Source: an uncultured Candidatus Rokubacteria bacterium (lineage in GTDB: Bacteria; Methylomirabilota; Methylomirabilia; Rokubacteriales; DASRDR01). From it: a stretch of DNA of 64,000 nucleotides. Shown piece by piece: positions 40,863 through 49,679 of the stretch. The notes under the pieces are model-generated. The model saw only the letters and a program-made list of their open reading frames with translations. It was not told the origin of the DNA and made no database searches. The stretch spans positions 145,762-209,761 of the forward strand of contig CAVPSB010000010.1 of NCBI GenBank assembly GCA_963708025.1, read 5' to 3'. Position numbers and translations under genes: made by a program. Each line of letters opens with the position of its first letter. Within the stretch, counting starts at the first letter, position 1.

Positions 40863-41351
40863 ATGTGGGTTGAGATGAAGGTGCGCGGACTCGCCCTCGA
40901 CCCGGTGTCGAACATGCCGATCATCATCCTGCGGGACGAGGAGGAGAAGCGCTCGCTCCCCATCTGGGTCGGCATCTTCGAGGCCAACGCCATCGCCCTC
41001 GAGCTCGAGAAGATCACCACGCCCCGCCCGATGACCCACGACCTCATCAAGAACATCGTCGAGTCCGTGGACGCGAAGGTCGAAAAGATCGTCGTCAACG
41101 ACCTGCGCGACAACACGTTCTTCGCCCTCATCCATCTCCGCCTCGGCGAGGAGGAGATTACGGTGGACTCCCGCCCGTCCGACGCCATCGCGCTGGCGCT
41201 GCGCGTCGGGGCGCCCATCTTCGTGGATGACGACGTCGTGCGGCGCGCCAAGAGCGTCGAAGTGGCGCCCAAGGAGTCGGACGACCAGGAGAAGCTCAAG
41301 GAGTGGCTCGAGAACCTCAAGCCGGAGGATTTCGGCAAGTACAAGATGTAG
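40863..41351 (+). CDS. bifunctional nuclease (BFN/DUF151) domain protein
   Basis: [32 protein letters not shown]...RPMTHDL... is typical of BFN-domain proteins. Confidence 0.7.
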   Translation: MWVEMKVRGLALDPVSNMPIIILRDEEEKRSLPIWVGIFEANAIALELEKITTPRPMTHDLIKNIVESVDAKVEKIVVNDLRDNTFFALIHLRLGEEEITVDSRPSDAIALALRVGAPIFVDDDVVRRAKSVEVAPKESDDQEKLKEWLENLKPEDFGKYKM

Positions 41352-41371
41352 CCGGCGCCGGCACTCGCCCC

Positions 41372-42517
41372 GTGCGCGTCGGCCTCTTCACCAACAACTA
41401 CCTCCCCATGCTCGGGGGCGTCGCCCGGGCCGTCGAGACCATGCGGGCGACCCTCGAGGCTCTCGGCCACCAGGTCGTCGTCATCGCGCCCCGCATGGCG
41501 GGCGCCGTCGCCACGCCCGGGGTCCTCCGGGTGCCGGCGGTGCCGGCGCCGACCTACCCCGACTTCGCGCTGCCGCTCCCGCTGTCGCCCGGCTGGGTCC
41601 GGCGGATCGCGGCGCTCGAGCTCGACGTCTTCCACGCCCAGCACCCCTTCCTGCTCGGCGGCGCCGCGCGCCGGCTGGCCCGGCGGCTCGGCCGGCCGCT
41701 CGTCTTCACCTACCACACGCTCTACGACAAGTACGCCCACTACGTGCCGCTGCCCCGCCCGCTCGTGGCCCGGCAAGCGGTGCGCTGGAGCACGCGCTTC
41801 GCGAACCAGGCCGACCTCGTCATCGCCCCGTCCGCCGGGCTGGCGGAGCGGCTCCGGACGCAGGGCGTGCGGCGGCCGACGGTCGTGCTGCCCACCGGCG
41901 TGGACCTGGCCCGCTTCCGCCCCGGCGACGCGGCCTCGGCCCGCGCCGCCCTCGGCCTGCCGGCGGGCCCGCTGGCGCTGTACGTGGGCCGCCTGGATCG
42001 GGAGAAGAACCTGGGCTTTCTCCTCCAGGCCTTCGAGCGGATAGCGACCCGGCACCCCGGGATCGAGCTGGTGCTGGTCGGTCGCGGCACCCAGGAGGCG
42101 GCGCTTCGTCGCCAGGTCCGCCACCAGGCGGCCGGGCCCCGGGTTCGCTTCGCCGGGGGCATCGGCCTCGACGCGGTCGTCCGCTACTACCAGGCCGCCG
42201 ACCTCTTCCTGTTCGCCTCGACCACGGAGACGCAGGGGCTGGCCGTCCTGGAGGCGATGGCCGTGGGGTTGCCGGTCGTCGCGGTGCGCGCCTCCGGCGT
42301 GGAGGAAGCGGTCGTGGATGGCGTGAGCGGGCTCCTCGTGCCCGAGGAGCCGGAGGCCTTCGCGGCCGCGGCCCTCGAGGTGTTAGGCGACGCCGGCCTC
42401 GCCGCCAAGCTCCGGTCGGGCGCCCGCGAGGCATCGCGGCTGGTCGCCGCGGCCCCGCTGGGCCGGCGGCTGGTGGCTCTCTACCGGGCGCTCGGCCCGG
42501 CGGCGAGACCGGCGTGA
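41372..42517 (+). CDS. GT4-family glycosyltransferase (GT-B fold)
   Basis: Glycos_transf_1 C-terminal motifs (LVLVGRG...FLFASTTETQGLAVLEAMAVGLPVV) and E-x7-E. GTG start is uncertain (the track ORF starts at 41303). Confidence 0.8.
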   Translation: MRVGLFTNNYLPMLGGVARAVETMRATLEALGHQVVVIAPRMAGAVATPGVLRVPAVPAPTYPDFALPLPLSPGWVRRIAALELDVFHAQHPFLLGGAARRLARRLGRPLVFTYHTLYDKYAHYVPLPRPLVARQAVRWSTRFANQADLVIAPSAGLAERLRTQGVRRPTVVLPTGVDLARFRPGDAASARAALGLPAGPLALYVGRLDREKNLGFLLQAFERIATRHPGIELVLVGRGTQEAALRRQVRHQAAGPRVRFAGGIGLDAVVRYYQAADLFLFASTTETQGLAVLEAMAVGLPVVAVRASGVEEAVVDGVSGLLVPEEPEAFAAAALEVLGDAGLAAKLRSGAREASRLVAAAPLGRRLVALYRALGPAARPA

Positions 42518-42765
42518 CTGCCGGATCCCGGGCGATCCGCGTGACGTTCCAGGACGACTGGGGGATGCCCGGGCACCGCGGCCTCCTCGACCTGGATCCG
42601 CGGGTGCGCACGCTCTGCCGGGTGCTCGTCTCCTATCCCGAGGTGCGCCACATCCTGCCCGATCGCGTGAGCGTGGACGCGGTGGCCTCGACCGAGACCC
42701 TGGACAGCATGTCGCGATTTCTCAGCCGGCAGCGCTGGCTGGTCCGCGAGGTGGCCGTCGAGTGA
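42514..42765 (+). CDS. hypothetical small protein (83 aa), translationally coupled to the GT4
   Basis: GTG overlaps the GT4 stop (GTGA). No recognisable domain. It is the 3' portion of track ORF 41227..42765. Confidence 0.35.
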   Translation: MTAGSRAIRVTFQDDWGMPGHRGLLDLDPRVRTLCRVLVSYPEVRHILPDRVSVDAVASTETLDSMSRFLSRQRWLVREVAVE

Positions 42766-42930
42766 GACACCCTGGGTCAACCTTCGGGTTGCTCTGGGCA
42801 GGCGCCGCCCATGAATCGCCCAGCGCCCCCCCTCCCCCCGGCCAAAGGCCGGAGGCCGTCCACTGGTGGGGAGGGGTCGCCAAAGGCCGAAGGCCGTCAA
42901 TGGGTGGGGGTGGACCCGAGTGAGCCACGG
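42763..42930 (+). repeat. repeat family 3, second copy with embedded 21-bp direct repeats
   Basis: TGAGACACCCTGGGTCAACC at the stop of the 83-aa ORF. CCCCCCCTCCCCCC...GGGGAGGGG hairpin. Direct repeats GCCAAAGGCCGGAGGCCGTCC (42841-42861) and GCCAAAGGCCGAAGGCCGTCA (42879-42899). GGGTGGGGGTGGACCCGAGTGAGC at 42904-42927 is a diverged copy of the motif next to MITE copy A. Confidence 0.6.
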
Positions 42931-43270
42931 CGAGAGCCTCGAGCGAACCGAGCAGGAGATTCGCCAGGCGAAGGCCGAGGCGCTGGGCCGGGCCGGCGAG
43001 CGGCTGGACGCGGTGCTCGCGCGCCTGGCCGCCTGGGATCGGGACCTCGAGCGACTCTCGGCCGAGGCCGGCCTGGACCCCGGCCGGCAGGGGCAGGTCG
43101 CCCGGGAGACCGCGGCGCGCGACGGCCTGCGCGACGAGGCCGTGCGGCTCCGCCACACGCTCGTGATCCAGCGGGAGGCCATCGGGATCCGTCGGCACGG
43201 CCCGGTCGAGGAGCGCTATCCGATCCCACCGCGTCGGGCATCAGGACGACAATCTACTGCAGGGAGTTAG
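42866..43270 (+). CDS. hypothetical Arg/Glu-rich coiled-coil protein
   Basis: Track ORF; an alternative GTG (VSHGESLE...) lies ~42920. Preceded by direct 21-bp repeats. No family recognised. Confidence 0.35.
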   Translation: MGRGRQRPKAVNGWGWTRVSHGESLERTEQEIRQAKAEALGRAGERLDAVLARLAAWDRDLERLSAEAGLDPGRQGQVARETAARDGLRDEAVRLRHTLVIQREAIGIRRHGPVEERYPIPPRRASGRQSTAGS

Positions 43271-43363
43271 GATGGCTTGGCTGAGATCGGGCTCGAGATG
43301 CGATCCGGTCCGCCATCGGCGCGCCGCGTCCCGGACGCGCGTGGGGCCCCGCCGAGGGGGGCC

Positions 43364-44683
43364 ATGATCTGGGACCCCGCCGCCGAGTGTCTAGTCGGGC
43401 CGGAGCTGGAGCGGCTCCAGGTCGAGCGCTTGCGGGCCACCGTCCGGTGGTGCGCCGAGCGCGTGCCGTTCTACCGGGCGGCGCTCGACGCGGCCGGGGT
43501 CGCCGCCGAGACGATCCGGCAGGTCGCGGACCTCGTGCGGCTGCCGTTCACCGTCAAGGCCGACCTCCGCGACCACTACCCCTTCGGGCTCTTCGCGGTC
43601 TCGCGCGAAGAGGTGCGGCGGATCCACGCCTCTTCGGGGACCCGGGGCAAGCCGACGGTCGTCGGCTACACGCGGCGCGACCTGGAGACGTGGAGCGCCT
43701 GCATGGCCCGGGGGCTGGTGTCGGCAGGGGCGCGGCCGGGCGACCTCCTGCACCTCGCGTTCGGCTACGGGCTCTTCACCGGTGGGCTCGGGTTCCACGG
43801 GGGCGCCGAGCGGCTGGGGCTGACCGTGGTGCCGGCCTCCTCCGGGAACACCCTGCGCCAGGTCCTGCTCCTCCAGGACTTCCGACCCCAGGGTCTGGCC
43901 TGCACCCCGTCGTTCGCCCTGCACCTGGCGGAGGCGCTGCGCGAAGCCGGCGCGGACGGCCGGGAGCTCGGGCTCCGGTACGGCATCTTCGGCGCCGAGC
44001 CGTGGAGCGAGGGGATGCGACGCGAGATCGAGGCGGCCTTCGGGCTCCGGGCCGTCAACGTCTACGGGCTCTCGGAGGTTATCGGCCCCGGGGTCGCGGC
44101 CGAGTGCGAGGCCCGGGCAGGCCTCCACGTCAACGAGGACCACTTCCTGGTGGAGGTCGTCGACCCGGCCACCGGGACGCCGCTCGAGCCCGGCCGGGAA
44201 GGGGAGCTCGTCTTCACCAGCCTCACCAAGGAGGCGCTGCCGATCCTTCGCTATCGAACGGGGGATCTCTCGGCGCTCACCCGGGAGCCCTGCGGCTGCG
44301 GCCGCACGCTGGCGCGGATGGCCCGGATCAAGGGGCGGACGGACGACATGCTCGTGATCCGCGGGGTCAACGTCTACCCCTCCCAGATCGAGGCCGTCCT
44401 GCTGGCCTTGCCGGAGCTCGCACCCCACTACCAGCTCGTCGTCGACCGCGCGGGGGCGCTCCCGCGACTGGAGGTGCAGGTCGAGGTGGCCGAGGGGCTG
44501 GCTCGCCAGTGGGGCGACGTCCGCCCGGAGCGGCCCGAGGTGGCGCGGCTGCGCGCTCTGGTGGCCGAGCGCCTGCGGGCCAGCCTGGCGATCGCAACCG
44601 AGGTAATGGTGATGGCGCCGAAGACGGTGACGCGCAGCGAGGGCAAGGCGGTGCGGGTCGTCGAGAAGAGGAGGCCGGAATGA
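43364..44683 (+). CDS. paaK: phenylacetate--CoA ligase family adenylate-forming enzyme
   Basis: SSGTRGKPT and YGLSE motifs. PaaK-type C-terminal domain. Confidence 0.85.
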   Translation: MIWDPAAECLVGPELERLQVERLRATVRWCAERVPFYRAALDAAGVAAETIRQVADLVRLPFTVKADLRDHYPFGLFAVSREEVRRIHASSGTRGKPTVVGYTRRDLETWSACMARGLVSAGARPGDLLHLAFGYGLFTGGLGFHGGAERLGLTVVPASSGNTLRQVLLLQDFRPQGLACTPSFALHLAEALREAGADGRELGLRYGIFGAEPWSEGMRREIEAAFGLRAVNVYGLSEVIGPGVAAECEARAGLHVNEDHFLVEVVDPATGTPLEPGREGELVFTSLTKEALPILRYRTGDLSALTREPCGCGRTLARMARIKGRTDDMLVIRGVNVYPSQIEAVLLALPELAPHYQLVVDRAGALPRLEVQVEVAEGLARQWGDVRPERPEVARLRALVAERLRASLAIATEVMVMAPKTVTRSEGKAVRVVEKRRPE

Positions 44684-45516
44684 GCACGGACGAGCGCGAG
44701 AGGCAGGCGCGCCTGCTGGCGCAGATCGCGGCCGGCGAGAAGATCCAGGGCCCGGAGGAGATGACGCCGGCCTACCGGGACAACCTGGTCCACCTCATGA
44801 CGATGCAGGCCGACTCCGAGCTGGCCGGGGCCTACGGCTACGTGCCGTGGATCATGAAGGCGCCCACGGTCGAGGAGAAGCTGGTGGTGGCCCAGATCGT
44901 CAAGGACGAGACCCGCCACGCCAAGGTCATGTACGACCTCCTCCAGGAGCTCGGCTTCGACGTCGAGGGCCACGTGCGCCCCCACGACCAGGCCTTCGCC
45001 CGCCGCCTGGATGACCCCGAAGCAGACATCGGGACGGCGCGGATCGGGACCGACAAGCGGGTCAACATATTCTATTATCCGATCGACACCTGGGCGGACT
45101 TCGTGATGTTCAACTTCTGCATGGACCGGGGCGCCGGGCACCAGCTCGAGGACACCCGGCGCTGCTCGTACGGCCCGTGGGCCCGCGCCATCGAGGGCAT
45201 CTTCAAGGAAGAGAAGATGCACATCCGCCACGGCGAGCTGTGGGTCAAGCGCCTGGCCGACGACCCGGCCACGCGGGAGGAGGCCGAGCGGACCTTCCAC
45301 AAGTGGTACGTCCGGACCATGAACATCTTCGGGCGACCCGGCAGCTCAAAGAACCGGCTGTACCGGGAGCTCGGCCTCAAGGTCCGCGACAACGACGAGG
45401 TGCGGCGGGCCTTCGCCGAGGAGGTCCGGGGCCTCGTCGAGCCGCTCGGCTGGCGGGTGCCGGACTGGAAGCCGAACTGGGAGACCTTGCCCGAGGAGGC
45501 CCAGATCCCGGGCTGA
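44680..45516 (+). CDS. PaaA-like ferritin-fold di-iron protein (phenylacetyl-CoA epoxidase subunit A family), orphan
   Basis: ATG overlaps the paaK stop. Di-iron ligand pattern SELAG...DETRHA...LEDTR...EEKMHIRHG. No paaBCDE partners in the window. Confidence 0.7.
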   Translation: MSTDERERQARLLAQIAAGEKIQGPEEMTPAYRDNLVHLMTMQADSELAGAYGYVPWIMKAPTVEEKLVVAQIVKDETRHAKVMYDLLQELGFDVEGHVRPHDQAFARRLDDPEADIGTARIGTDKRVNIFYYPIDTWADFVMFNFCMDRGAGHQLEDTRRCSYGPWARAIEGIFKEEKMHIRHGELWVKRLADDPATREEAERTFHKWYVRTMNIFGRPGSSKNRLYRELGLKVRDNDEVRRAFAEEVRGLVEPLGWRVPDWKPNWETLPEEAQIPG

Positions 45517-45660
45517 CCGGGACCTGCGGGAGCCATTCCCGGCGATTCAGGCTGGGTGGAGCCGGGCGGTCGCAATGTCCGATAAGAGGGCTTCTGTCAA
45601 GTTGCGCATCCGAGCGTGGCCGGGCGTGCGGGCTGGCTGGATGCGAAGGAGGCTCGCCGC

Positions 45661-46299
45661 CTAGGCGGCGGCAGCGCCCAGGATGGCGAGGCGGGCTCGC
45701 GCCTCCTCGGCCCGAACCGAGTCCGGGGCCTCCTTGAGGAGGCGGCGGTAGCTCTCGATGGCGGCGTCGGGCTGCTTGAGCGTCTCCTGGACCCGGGCCA
45801 CGGCGAGGAGCGATTCGCCGAACAGGAAATCCTTGGGCCCGCGCCCCTTCAGAACCCCCTGGTACGCCTCGAGCGCCCGGGCGGGCTCGTTCTTTGCCTC
45901 CCAGACGTAGCCCGCTCCCAGCCGGCCCAGGGCCCCGATGCTCCCGCCGTCCCGGCGCCCCGCCTCGCCGAAGGCCGCCAGCGCCGCGTCGTGGGCGCCT
46001 CGTCGATACTCGAGGTTGCCCAGCAAGTACCAGGCCTGCGCCGCCGGAGCCGAACGCGGGTGGTCCTTGAGGAACGCCGTGAGCGTCTTGGCGATCTCGG
46101 CCAGGCGGGCGTCGTCGCCGCCGGCCATCGCCTGCTGGTAGCTGGCCGTGAGCACGGCGAAGCCCCGGCGCGCGGAGGCCTCACGCTGCTGGAGCACGGT
46201 CCACACCGCCACCCCGAGAAAGAGGGCGACGAGCAGGCCGCCGATCCCGAGCAGGATCCACCGCGTGGCCGCGGGCAGCTCGGCGAGCCAGTCCCTCAC
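45661..46299 (-). CDS. membrane-anchored TPR-repeat protein
   Basis: N-terminal TM helix, then 3-4 TPR-like repeats (AWYLLGNLEYRRGAHDAALAAF...). Confidence 0.6.
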   Translation of the reverse strand: MRDWLAELPAATRWILLGIGGLLVALFLGVAVWTVLQQREASARRGFAVLTASYQQAMAGGDDARLAEIAKTLTAFLKDHPRSAPAAQAWYLLGNLEYRRGAHDAALAAFGEAGRRDGGSIGALGRLGAGYVWEAKNEPARALEAYQGVLKGRGPKDFLFGESLLAVARVQETLKQPDAAIESYRRLLKEAPDSVRAEEARARLAILGAAAA

Positions 46300-47087
46300 C
46301 GCACCTCGCGAACGGTCGTGGCGGGGACCCAGCCCTCGGTGCCGTTGGTGGCGCGCACCTTGATCCAGTGGCCGCCATCGAAGATCAGGGTGTTGAAGAT
46401 CCAGAGCCGCCGGTCGATGGCGTCGACGTACGTGAGCTGGTCACCCCGCAGCACCCGGCCCACCGTCGGCGCGCCCGACAGTGCGTCGCGATGGAGCGGG
46501 CTCTCGGCCACGACCACCTCCAGACGCGGTCGCGTGGCCGGGCGGGCCACCCCATCGCCGGGCGCCACCGCCGCCACGGCGGGGGCCAAGGCCGGGGCGG
46601 TCACCGGCGCCGGCGAGGCTGCGGGGGCGGGCTCGGGTGCGGTCGCGGCGGGGGGCTGGTACAGGGAGACCGGCGGCAGTCCCGCATCCCAGGGTGAGGC
46701 AGTCGTGGACACCGGCGTCGCCCAAGCGGCTGGCGTCGGGGGACTCACCGGGCCAGGGGTCGCGGCGCCGGGCGCCGCGCCATCGGCGCGGAACAGCCGC
46801 AGTTCCTCGACCGTGATCGCCAGTTCGCCCAGGGCCGTCCGGGCGCGGACCCGACCGCCGACGAGCGTGCCGCGCAACACCCGGCCGTCCTTCAGCCGGA
46901 TCTCGGTGGGGGCCAGCATCCCGACGGTCTCCGGCAGGACCTCGATGAGATCGGAGCCCGTCGAAACCAGGAGTGGCTCGCTTGCCAGGTCGCCCTCGAT
47001 CCGGCTCCCGTTCGCGAAGAGCAACTCCCCGGCGGCGGTCGGTCCGGCGAGCGCGACGACGATGGCGAGGACCGCGACCGGTCTCAT
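46296..47087 (-). CDS. secreted hypothetical protein (signal peptide, Pro/Ala-rich linker, C-terminal beta domain)
   Basis: MRPVAVLAIVVALAGPTAA signal peptide. Start codon chosen at the internal ATG of track ORF 46296..47612. Confidence 0.5.
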   Translation of the reverse strand: MRPVAVLAIVVALAGPTAAGELLFANGSRIEGDLASEPLLVSTGSDLIEVLPETVGMLAPTEIRLKDGRVLRGTLVGGRVRARTALGELAITVEELRLFRADGAAPGAATPGPVSPPTPAAWATPVSTTASPWDAGLPPVSLYQPPAATAPEPAPAASPAPVTAPALAPAVAAVAPGDGVARPATRPRLEVVVAESPLHRDALSGAPTVGRVLRGDQLTYVDAIDRRLWIFNTLIFDGGHWIKVRATNGTEGWVPATTVREVR

Positions 47088-47530
47088 GGCAACGACGTGG
47101 TCTCGAGCCTCGCCTTGGCGCCCCGCTCGACGACGATCTCGCCCTTCACCGACGCTCCGTCCGCCGCCGTGAAGCTGCCGCTCTTCAGGTTGCCGGTCAG
47201 GACGCCCTGGGGTAGGATCTCCACCCGGCCGGCCGCGCTGAGATTGCCGCGGACCTTGCCGCCGACGACGATCGTCGAAGCCGTGATGTCGGCGTCGACT
47301 TCGGCGCGATCCCCGATGACCACGATGCCCTGCACGTTGACCACGCCCTCGAACCGGCCGGCCAGGTCGAGGTCCCCTTCCCCGGAGATCTCGCCCTTGA
47401 TGGACAGCTTCTCGCCCACGCGAAAGGCGGTGGACGGGAGCGCGGGACGGACCGACGTCGGGGTTGGCTCCTCGTCGTCGTCGTCGCCGCCGGCGTCGAA
47501 GCCGAAAAACCGCTGGATTGCCCTCAACAC
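47084..47530 (-). CDS. bactofilin family cytoskeletal protein (DUF583)
   Basis: Beta-helical repeats KGEISGEGDLDLAGRFEGVVNVQGIVVIGDRAEVDADITASTIVVGGKVRGNLSA. Start placed at GTG 47530, because a TTGACA-N17-TACAGT promoter lies at 47568-47596 inside the longer track ORF. The alternative ATG at 47631 is not excluded. Confidence 0.65.
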   Translation of the reverse strand: MLRAIQRFFGFDAGGDDDDEEPTPTSVRPALPSTAFRVGEKLSIKGEISGEGDLDLAGRFEGVVNVQGIVVIGDRAEVDADITASTIVVGGKVRGNLSAAGRVEILPQGVLTGNLKSGSFTAADGASVKGEIVVERGAKARLETTSLP

Positions 47531-47567
47531 TCCCGACCCCCGATGCCCGATCTCGAAAACGCGATTT

Positions 47568-47596
47568 ACTGTAGCGGCAGGGACGTCGAATGTCAA
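47568..47596 (-). promoter_or_regulatory. candidate sigma-70 promoter for the bactofilin gene (minus strand)
   Basis: On the minus strand TTGACA (47596-47591), 17-bp spacer, TACAGT (47573-47568). Lies inside the longer ATG-47631 reading frame, arguing for the shorter GTG-47530 start. A plus-strand TTGACA at 47626-47631 may serve the divergent zinc-ribbon ORF. Confidence 0.4.
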
Positions 47597-47683
47597 GACA
47601 GAAGGGGGCCAACCGCTCTTAATACTTGACATCTGAGGCTCTCCTCCGCGACAGTGGAGCCGCCCGAGAGGAGGTGGACGATC

Positions 47684-47989
47684 GTGAACTGCCCCCACTG
47701 CGGCCGCGCCGTGATCTGCGCGGCCTGCGGCAGCGCTGTCGAGGATGGCGCCGGCGCGGACCGGAGCCGCGAATCCCCGGGCGGAGCATCGCCAAGCGCG
47801 GAGCCCGGCGAGAACACGTTCCTCATCGTCGCTCGCGGCCACGACGAGCTACTGTCCCAACTCAAGGAGGTCGTCGGGGACCTTGGCTGGGTCCGGCTCG
47901 TCGAGGATCGACGGCGCGACAACGAGACGATCCTGCCTCGAGAAGGCCGGCAGGGTACCGTCCACATCGATCAGGACCTGAACCCGTAG
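47684..47989 (+). CDS. hypothetical zinc-ribbon protein (CPHC...CAAC)
   Basis: GTG start with GAGAGGAGG RBS 8 nt upstream. Two CxxC pairs in the N-terminus. Divergent from the bactofilin gene. Confidence 0.4.
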   Translation: MNCPHCGRAVICAACGSAVEDGAGADRSRESPGGASPSAEPGENTFLIVARGHDELLSQLKEVVGDLGWVRLVEDRRRDNETILPREGRQGTVHIDQDLNP

Positions 47990-48069
47990 TCTGGGCCGGC
48001 CGCCGGGCCGCCCCGGATCCCCCGGAGTCCATCGATCGACCGCGGTAGCTCCTCGCGGGTCGGTCTCCC

Positions 48070-48522
48070 TCACGGCGCGGTCGCCACGACCCGGAACACC
48101 GGATGTCGGGACGCCTCGGTCAGGAACGCGCCGAGCTCGGACTGCGGGGTGGCGTCGAAGAACGGCCGGGTGATCGGCACCTGCCGGACGTAGCGCTGCA
48201 GGACGGGCGCGGCTTCCGCCGGCTCCAGCTCGAAGACGACCACCGTCTCCGCCCGGCCGCCGCGGCTCAGTGTGACCTCGGCCGCCGCGCGCGCGTTGCG
48301 GACCCAGGCGACGTCGCCGTACGGCGCGACCAGCCAGCGCAGTCCGTCCTCCTCGACGAGGGTGACCGGCGTCGAGACGGGCCGCCCGCTCCGCCGACCC
48401 CGGACGGTCAGGAGATAGGTATGCCGAGGCCCGAGCCCCCACCGAAGCAGGAGCCGGACCAAGGCGTTCAGCGCCCGGCGCGACCGACTCAGGCGATACG
48501 TCGCCGCCATGGTCGGAGACAA
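48070..48522 (-). CDS. deazaflavin(F420)-dependent nitroreductase family protein (DUF385/PNPOx-like split barrel)
   Basis: 150 aa. LTVRGRRSGRPVSTPV...LVAPYGDVAWVRN are motifs of the Ddn/DUF385 family. Confidence 0.7.
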   Translation of the reverse strand: MSPTMAATYRLSRSRRALNALVRLLLRWGLGPRHTYLLTVRGRRSGRPVSTPVTLVEEDGLRWLVAPYGDVAWVRNARAAAEVTLSRGGRAETVVVFELEPAEAAPVLQRYVRQVPITRPFFDATPQSELGAFLTEASRHPVFRVVATAP

Positions 48523-48823
48523 GCAGAGTCCTGGCGTTGGCGAGCTCGACCAGGTTCCACGGGATCGATTTCAGGCTACCCCGGCCAACCCGGTGGGGTC
48601 AAGCCGAGCGCGCCCGAGCGGCGCCGGCTTCCCTACCCCGTCCGCGGCTTGACAACGATCCCGGGCTGGCTCAGGATGCTGCGCGTAGCGTGATCACCCG
48701 CCGGTCGCTCGATTCGATCCACCCGCGCCCCTGCCCGTCGGTCACCCGACGTCGACCTGACCGGCATCCGGCCAGGCGCGCGTCCGGGACGAGCGAGCCC
48801 CGCGGCCCGCAGAGGGAGACTGG

Positions 48824-49198
48824 ATGACGTCGGCACGGGAACGCCGCGTCCTCGTCGTGGACGACGACACCACCATCGCCGCGACGTTCAGCGAGATTCT
48901 CGGGGGTGAGGGCTATGAGGTCGTCACCGCCGGCACCGGGGCCGAGGCCATCCAGCTCGCGCGGGAGCGCGCCTTCGACCTGATCCTGCTCGATCTCGTC
49001 ATGCCGGGCATGGACGGGCTGACGACGCTGCGGCGGCTCCGCGCGGTCGATCCCCGGGCGGCCGTCGTCATCCTGGCGGCCAATGTCGAGCCGGAGGGCG
49101 AGGTCGTGGCGCTCGGCCTCGGGGCGGCCGCCGTCCTGCTCAAGCCGCCGGACATCCCGAAGCTCCTGAGCCTGGCGGACGAGTTGACCGATCGCTGA
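48824..49198 (+). CDS. single-domain response regulator (CheY-like receiver)
   Basis: VLVVDDD...D(phospho-acceptor) in LILLDLVMPGMDG...K. No output domain. Confidence 0.85.
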   Translation: MTSARERRVLVVDDDTTIAATFSEILGGEGYEVVTAGTGAEAIQLARERAFDLILLDLVMPGMDGLTTLRRLRAVDPRAAVVILAANVEPEGEVVALGLGAAAVLLKPPDIPKLLSLADELTDR

Positions 49199-49213
49199 CA
49201 GACGAGAGGCGCC

Positions 49214-49660
49214 ATGCTGAAAGAGTTCAAGACGTTCGTCATGCGCGGCAATGTGCTCGACCTGGCGGTCGGCGTCGTGATCGGCGCGGCCTTCGGCAAG
49301 ATCGTGACGTCGTTCGTGAGCGACATCCTGATGCCGCCCATCGGCCTGCTCCTGGGCCGCGTCGATTTCACGAACCTGTTCGTCAACCTCTCGGGCCAGG
49401 CGTATCCGACCATCGCGGCCGCCAAGGCCGCCGGGGCCCCCACCCTCAACTACGGCCTGTTCCTGAACGCAATCATCGACTTCCTCATCGTCGCCTTCGT
49501 GATCTTCCTGGTCGTCCGGCAGTTCAACCGGTGGGCCCAGGCGCCGGAGCCGGCCACGGCTCCGACCACTCGGGAGTGCCCGCTCTGCGCAACGAGCATT
49601 CCGCTGAAGGCGCGCCGCTGCCCGCACTGCACCTCGGACGTGCCGGTGCCCGCGGCCTGA
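49214..49660 (+). CDS. mscL: large-conductance mechanosensitive channel with C-terminal zinc-ribbon
   Basis: [31 protein letters not shown]... canonical MscL TM1/TM2. The C-terminus ends CPLCATS...CPHCTSD (two CxxC pairs) instead of the usual helical bundle. Confidence 0.9.
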   Translation: MLKEFKTFVMRGNVLDLAVGVVIGAAFGKIVTSFVSDILMPPIGLLLGRVDFTNLFVNLSGQAYPTIAAAKAAGAPTLNYGLFLNAIIDFLIVAFVIFLVVRQFNRWAQAPEPATAPTTRECPLCATSIPLKARRCPHCTSDVPVPAA

Positions 49661-49679
49661 CCGCGCTCACCGCGGCGTG

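Noticed and set aside
48523-48823. 300-bp divergent intergenic region between the F420-type nitroreductase and the response regulator as a possible sRNA/regulatory locus
   Set aside because: It contains a TTGACA box (48648) but no convincing -10. It has no repeats, no conserved-looking structure and no small ORF with an RBS, so nothing specific to report beyond ordinary promoter space.
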